Position numbers and translations under genes: made by a program
Notes under the pieces: generated by a model
What the model was told of the DNA's origin: nothing
The model's database searches: none
The model's input: the letters and a program-made list of their open reading frames with translations, nothing else
Assembly (NCBI GenBank): GCA_001552015.1
Contig: CP010514.1
Coordinates: 60,001 to 92,000, forward strand
Length of the DNA stretch: 32,000 bases
DNA from: Candidatus Nanopusillus acidilobi
Lineage (GTDB): Archaea > Nanobdellota > Nanobdellia > Nanobdellales > Nanobdellaceae
Direction: 5' to 3'
In this document: positions 27,239 through 32,000 of the stretch, piece by piece
Numbering within the stretch: the first letter of the stretch is position 1
How the letters are laid out: the number at the start of each line of letters is the position of its first letter

Positions 27239-28480
27239 TCATTGTTGTTGAGTATTCTGTTGTATACATTCAGATGGAAATGATATTGTTGCTGGGCATT
27301 GATAAGGACATTCTCCAGGTAAACAAGCAGGACATTGGTGTCCACCAATTATGCAAGTATAGCAATTAACTTGAATTGAATAATAGTATTGAAATGCAAA
27401 TATTTCTTCTGAATTTTGTTGAGTTGTACTTACACTGCCGCACTCATTCTGAAGGGGAGAACAAGAATATTGTTGATTTTCTAATGTACAACTTTGAGAT
27501 ATTATTTGATTACTTGTTAAATTATATGTTTCAATACAATTATATGTACAATTTAAATAATATTGATTTGTTATATTTTCATAAAAAACTATAGAAGTAA
27601 TTGTTATAGTTTGAGGATAAGTATTACCATTATAATATACATTGTATTGATTATCAGAGCATTTTAATATTACTTTACATGCAATTCCCTGTGGATTTGA
27701 ACATATTTGACATAATGGAATATTTATACATTGATATGGAATTATTGTTTCATTACATTGAATATATGGATTATTTGAAAATTGTTCAAACTCCTGCGCA
27801 CATGTATAGGTTGGATTATTATTTAATGTATTTGAGCAATCTTGATATGAACATTCTGAAAATTCCCCATTTTGGGAAAATTGATATGCTAAGTTATATA
27901 AATAGAATGCTGGATTATTTGTTATATTTGATGTAACTGAATATGGAATTATTGAACCTGAAGAAGGACCTGTAATATTTATATATAATCCTTGAACATA
28001 AACGGGAAAACTATAATTATATTCTCCGGAAGCTATATCGCTACAATCTCCAAGAATTCCTGCTTGATAGTTATTTGAAAAATTGAAGGATATGTTATAA
28101 GGATAATAATATTGATATGCAGACAAATATTGTTCTCCAAAACTTAATAAAGTTTCAAATCCTGAAGTTAGCAAATTGTTATAATATTGAATTGCATTTT
28201 GACACGATTGTGGTAATATACATCCATAAGGATAGGAAGCCCATTCTTCTTCTCCCCATCCATTAGTTCCTGCTATATATGACTCTACATAACCTTCTTG
28301 TGTTAATGCTGTTTGTAAATATCCTAAAAAATAATTTGATAATGTAGATAAAGAAGTAAATCTATTAAAAACAATATTTTGATTGTAATTATATGTTAAT
28401 GCATAAAAAGATAAAAGAATTATTAATATTGCAATTGTTAAAAATAAAACTACATAAACAGTTTCTAATTGATTTCTCAT
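27239..28480 (-). CDS. Cys-rich surface protein with pilin/TadE-like N-terminus
   Basis: MRNQLETVYVVLFLTIAILIILLSFYALT; Cys-rich C-term CYTCIIGGHQCPACLPGECPYQCPATISFPSEC. Confidence 0.7.
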   Translation of the reverse strand: MRNQLETVYVVLFLTIAILIILLSFYALTYNYNQNIVFNRFTSLSTLSNYFLGYLQTALTQEGYVESYIAGTNGWGEEEWASYPYGCILPQSCQNAIQYYNNLLTSGFETLLSFGEQYLSAYQYYYPYNISFNFSNNYQAGILGDCSDIASGEYNYSFPVYVQGLYINITGPSSGSIIPYSVTSNITNNPAFYLYNLAYQFSQNGEFSECSYQDCSNTLNNNPTYTCAQEFEQFSNNPYIQCNETIIPYQCINIPLCQICSNPQGIACKVILKCSDNQYNVYYNGNTYPQTITITSIVFYENITNQYYLNCTYNCIETYNLTSNQIISQSCTLENQQYSCSPLQNECGSVSTTQQNSEEIFAFQYYYSIQVNCYTCIIGGHQCPACLPGECPYQCPATISFPSECIQQNTQQQ

Positions 28481-29577
28481 ATTTTTAATTTAATATGTAA
28501 ATATATAAATGTTAAGATAAGAATTGGCGTTACAAATCCATGTATAATTCCAAGTGCAATTAATATATTTGGTATAGATATTAAATGTATACTACTTGGC
28601 CCTCCAAATAATACAGATTCAAGGAATTCTCCAGTTATATTTTGTATTAGAACTAATATTCCGATTGTAATACCCAATGCTTTTGTTATTATTCTTTTAC
28701 TATTTCTATATATTTCATAATGGATTCCCATAAAGAAAAATAATAAAGCAATTAAATATCTAGTATGTAAAGCTGCAGAAATAATATCCACATTTGATAA
28801 ATATAGTTCTCCGAAAAATATTATTAAAACCATAGTAAAAAGTAAGAAATAATTTGTTGGAACATTATATCTTAAATTTCTATAAACTAAAAAGTAAATA
28901 ATAAATTCATATATTGATAAAAAAATTAATGATTCATATGCATATATATAATATTTTCCAACTGAGCTTTCTATAATTAAATTATTATAAAATGATAATT
29001 TATATATGGCAATAATAATTTGTAATATTATAATAAGGAATATTAATAGAAATACATACTTTTTGTATTTATAGATTTCTGATATCTTCTTGAATATATT
29101 TGTTCTTACTATTAGTATTTCATTGCTATTAAAATACATAACTAGAAATAGAAATATGGCAAAAATAATAAATAGGGATGAATAGAGTATCTCAAAAGTA
29201 TAAAGATGAAAATATGCAAAGGTAAGGAATAAACCCGATATATATCCCATAACTACGTCTAGATCTGTAGTTGCAGAATTATATATTAATTCAAGGAAAA
29301 ATAATATTATAAATAATATTATTGAGATTATATAAAATATTAATGATTTTCTTGAAATATATAAATTGTTTTCAAATAAATAATATCCCATAGAAAATGC
29401 TATAAAATAAAATACCCAATAATTTACCATATAAGTAAATATTGATGGAAATGGAAAAGGTAAAGGTAAATTAGTATAAATTCCAAAAATTCCAATTGGT
29501 ATATATAATGGAAATATTAATTTATATATTAAAGATGTATTCTTTGAATTTTTTAATATAAAAGATAATAAGAACAA
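28477..29577 (-). CDS. Polytopic membrane protein (paralogue of 25483..26553)
   Basis: MGYYLFENNLYISRKSLIFYIISIILFIIL and LFFFMGIHYEIYRNSKRIITKALGITIG parallel the other copy; 4-nt overlap with the downstream gene. Confidence 0.7.
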   Translation of the reverse strand: MFLLSFILKNSKNTSLIYKLIFPLYIPIGIFGIYTNLPLPFPFPSIFTYMVNYWVFYFIAFSMGYYLFENNLYISRKSLIFYIISIILFIILFFLELIYNSATTDLDVVMGYISGLFLTFAYFHLYTFEILYSSLFIIFAIFLFLVMYFNSNEILIVRTNIFKKISEIYKYKKYVFLLIFLIIILQIIIAIYKLSFYNNLIIESSVGKYYIYAYESLIFLSIYEFIIYFLVYRNLRYNVPTNYFLLFTMVLIIFFGELYLSNVDIISAALHTRYLIALLFFFMGIHYEIYRNSKRIITKALGITIGILVLIQNITGEFLESVLFGGPSSIHLISIPNILIALGIIHGFVTPILILTFIYLHIKLKI

Positions 29578-29680
29578 ATATATTGTACCAAAAATAATTA
29601 TATTAATATTAAAGTTGCTAATGTAAATAAAAATTAAAAATAATATTAAATATAAAAGAAATAAAATTTTATCTTCTTTT

Positions 29681-31330
29681 TTACCATACTGTTAATTTAG
29701 CAACCAAATATCCGCCTAAGAATGGTACATCTACTGGTAAATATATATAATAAACATATGTATTTGTATTTGGTGGTATTGGATATCCTAGACTTATGAA
29801 TTCTCCACTACCCTGATAAATGTATGCATTTAATTCTTCTTTATTTCCAGTGTTTGTAATACAATATACTCTTGCCATTGCAACGCCATTTCCTCCGGGA
29901 TGAGGATCATAATATACTGCAGAAATTATAAATTGATTTGTATTTGGATCTCTATCATCTATTACCCATTTAGTAATATTAAATCTATAAAATCCTTCAG
30001 TATTTTTATTAATATCTCCTAAGTAAACTAAAGGACATTCTTTTCCAACAATAATTCCATTTACATTTTGTATATTATCATATACACCAGTTGGGCAATT
30101 TATTGTATCTCCGTTTAAATTATATTCACAGAAAGGATCTGCTGCTAAGAATACATAATCTGGTTCTCCGCTTGTATTTAAAAATGAAATATATAATCTT
30201 ATTACCTCATGCCATGGATAATCAATGAATACTTGCTGACAATTTGGTGGTATATCTACTACACCTCTATAAAATGCTCCAACAATTAATTCCTGATTAC
30301 CCGGATTAGCCTGATTACCTTCGCAAAGAGAATTGCCTATATAATATGTACCAAATTCTTCTTGGCATGCTTCATTTAAATATTGTTGTGGGATTATAAA
30401 TTCTGCTAATCTATTTATATCAGTAGCAGTTCTATAAATAGGAGGACCTTGATAATAATAAGGTATAGATGTTAGATATTGATTATAAGTTTCAGGGCAT
30501 TGTTCTGTATTATAAATACATAAATATCCGGAAAAGAAATTAGGCAAACTAGAGTTAGGTTGTGCTGGCGTACTATCTCCGCCTATATAATTTGGAAATA
30601 AATTCCATTCATCCTGTGGACAATATACAGAAGCGTTTGTAAAATTATAATTTGGAAATATTTCCGTTAATGGCGTACAGTATCCATTTTGTACGGCTTG
30701 AGATTGAGATAGATCATTATATAATGCTGGTAAGCCCCATAAACTTACTGACGCAGATTGATGAAATGGCGCTGTTGCATTTACCCATCCTGCTCCATAT
30801 AAAGTTTGACTTACCGGTATATTAATATTTTCTGTATAATTATTTACAAAGAAATATGTATAATTCCATTCATACCATTGTGTACCGTCAGGATCCGGTG
30901 GAGGATTCATTGAACAAGGATCCCAATTTCCAATATTACCAGCTACTATAAACATTTGAACAATCCATCCTGTTACTGGTGGGATAAAATATATTGTAAG
31001 GTTCCATCTATTTCCATATATATTATCAAAGTAATTTATCAAATCTTCTGATATGTTTGTACATGTATTTTGATTTATACAATATGTATCATTTCCAGAA
31101 GATGAAAAATATGATAATAAAAATGCATAGGATAAATTAACATTATTGTCATAAATATATGGTAATAAATCAAGGCTATTTTGAATTGTTAATGTATATT
31201 GATTTTCTACATTATATGTTTGTGTTATTTTAGAGTTAGAGCTAGTAGTTAATAGATAAACTAAAAGAATTGATAAAATTATTATTGAAATAATAATAAC
31301 AAATGTTAATGTATTTATCTGATTTTTCAT
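29681..31330 (-). CDS. Large Cys-containing surface protein with pilin/TadE-like N-terminus
   Basis: MKNQINTLTFVIIISIIILSILLVYLLTT, then a ~520-aa ectodomain with many Cys, Pro and NxS/T. Confidence 0.75.
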   Translation of the reverse strand: MKNQINTLTFVIIISIIILSILLVYLLTTSSNSKITQTYNVENQYTLTIQNSLDLLPYIYDNNVNLSYAFLLSYFSSSGNDTYCINQNTCTNISEDLINYFDNIYGNRWNLTIYFIPPVTGWIVQMFIVAGNIGNWDPCSMNPPPDPDGTQWYEWNYTYFFVNNYTENINIPVSQTLYGAGWVNATAPFHQSASVSLWGLPALYNDLSQSQAVQNGYCTPLTEIFPNYNFTNASVYCPQDEWNLFPNYIGGDSTPAQPNSSLPNFFSGYLCIYNTEQCPETYNQYLTSIPYYYQGPPIYRTATDINRLAEFIIPQQYLNEACQEEFGTYYIGNSLCEGNQANPGNQELIVGAFYRGVVDIPPNCQQVFIDYPWHEVIRLYISFLNTSGEPDYVFLAADPFCEYNLNGDTINCPTGVYDNIQNVNGIIVGKECPLVYLGDINKNTEGFYRFNITKWVIDDRDPNTNQFIISAVYYDPHPGGNGVAMARVYCITNTGNKEELNAYIYQGSGEFISLGYPIPPNTNTYVYYIYLPVDVPFLGGYLVAKLTVW

Positions 31331-32000
31331 TTTAGATAATATAAAAGTATAATTAGGCCTATTATTATAATTACTATTACTATTGCTGCTGGCAAAATCA
31401 AATTGACGTTATTTATTTTATTACTTACATTTGGTTGTGGATAAATTAATTGTTGGGTACTATTTGTTAAATTTACTTCAGTTTGATTTATGCATTCAAA
31501 TACTCCTGTACATGATATATATACAATATTTGGTGGTGGACATTGCTGTAAAAATTCTTGATATAACTGATTTAATGAATAATTATATGGACATCTAAAC
31601 CAATCTCCTTCAAAAGATAAGTTTTCTGGGCAATATCCGCATTGATATTCTATTTTATATACATTCAATACTGATTGATATGATTCATTATTTGTTAAAT
31701 AAGATTGAGGTATATATGGAGGATTAAAACATGGATAAATCTGATTTGAACATGGTTGATAATACCATGGTGTATTTGAACAATTTAGTAAACTATTACA
31801 TAATGTTGGTACAGGTATAATTATGTCTTGATATGCTGATGGAGGAATTAATGCATATGGACTAACTAATGTTCCATTTGGATATTCGCAATAACTACTA
31901 TTTACATATATTAATCCATAATGGGCGCAAAAAGAATATTGGGGTGATACATTATTTTCATAATATTGTAAAGCATTAAAGTATGTACCATTTATAATAC
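31327..32000 (-). CDS. Cys-rich surface protein with C-terminal TM anchor (5' end beyond window)
   Basis: ORF track starts at TTG 31668, but the frame is open to the window edge (...QYSFCAHYGLIYVNSSYCEYPNGTLV...CSNTPWYYQPCSNQIYPCFNPPIYP...). C-term VNLILPAAIVIVIIIIGLIILLYYLK. Confidence 0.75.
   Translation of the reverse strand, partial: IINGTYFNALQYYENNVSPQYSFCAHYGLIYVNSSYCEYPNGTLVSPYALIPPSAYQDIIIPVPTLCNSLLNCSNTPWYYQPCSNQIYPCFNPPYIPQSYLTNNESYQSVLNVYKIEYQCGYCPENLSFEGDWFRCPYNYSLNQLYQEFLQQCPPPNIVYISCTGVFECINQTEVNLTNSTQQLIYPQPNVSNKINNVNLILPAAIVIVIIIIGLIILLYYLK

Noticed and set aside
27376-28720. Plus-strand ORFs 27376..27594, 27679..27936 and 28469..28720
   Set aside because: Antisense to well-supported surface and membrane genes; no independent support.
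1-32000. CRISPR array, rRNA operon, transposase or integrase
   Set aside because: No regularly spaced direct repeats, rRNA core sequences, transposase or integrase motifs were recognised on either strand.

Overview
AT-rich archaeal chromosome segment. Overlapping genes, N/Y/I-rich surface proteins and two tRNA genes with TATA-like boxes at about -26 suggest a DPANN, nanoarchaeote-like genome (inference). Left part: the 3' end of a large N-glycosylation-sequon-rich surface protein, tRNA-Pro(GGG), an ICMT-like methyltransferase, a compositionally distinct two-gene block (heptad-repeat membrane-anchored protein and CAP-like secreted protein sharing a C-terminal domain), and tRNA-Thr(GGT). Then comes a polysaccharide/glycogen cluster: AAA+/wHTH protein, debranching enzyme, GT4, GH57, small DUF5752-like protein, MinD/ParA-like ATPase and GT3 glycogen synthase. 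Next is an information-processing block: TFB, a small ORF resembling RNase P subunit Pop5, proteasome alpha and SBDS. It is followed by LonB, a 1417-aa surface protein that looks like two secreted proteins fused, ribosomal S24e and S27ae, a DUF192-like protein and type-4 UDG. A textbook C/D box sRNA with two guides is embedded at the UDG stop codon. After an agmatinase-like ureohydrolase, the right 6.5 kb is a minus-strand array of Cys-rich pilin-like-N-terminus surface proteins alternating with two paralogous polytopic membrane proteins. That array is the best candidate for an undescribed surface or host-contact system. The CDSs at both window edges are truncated by the window.
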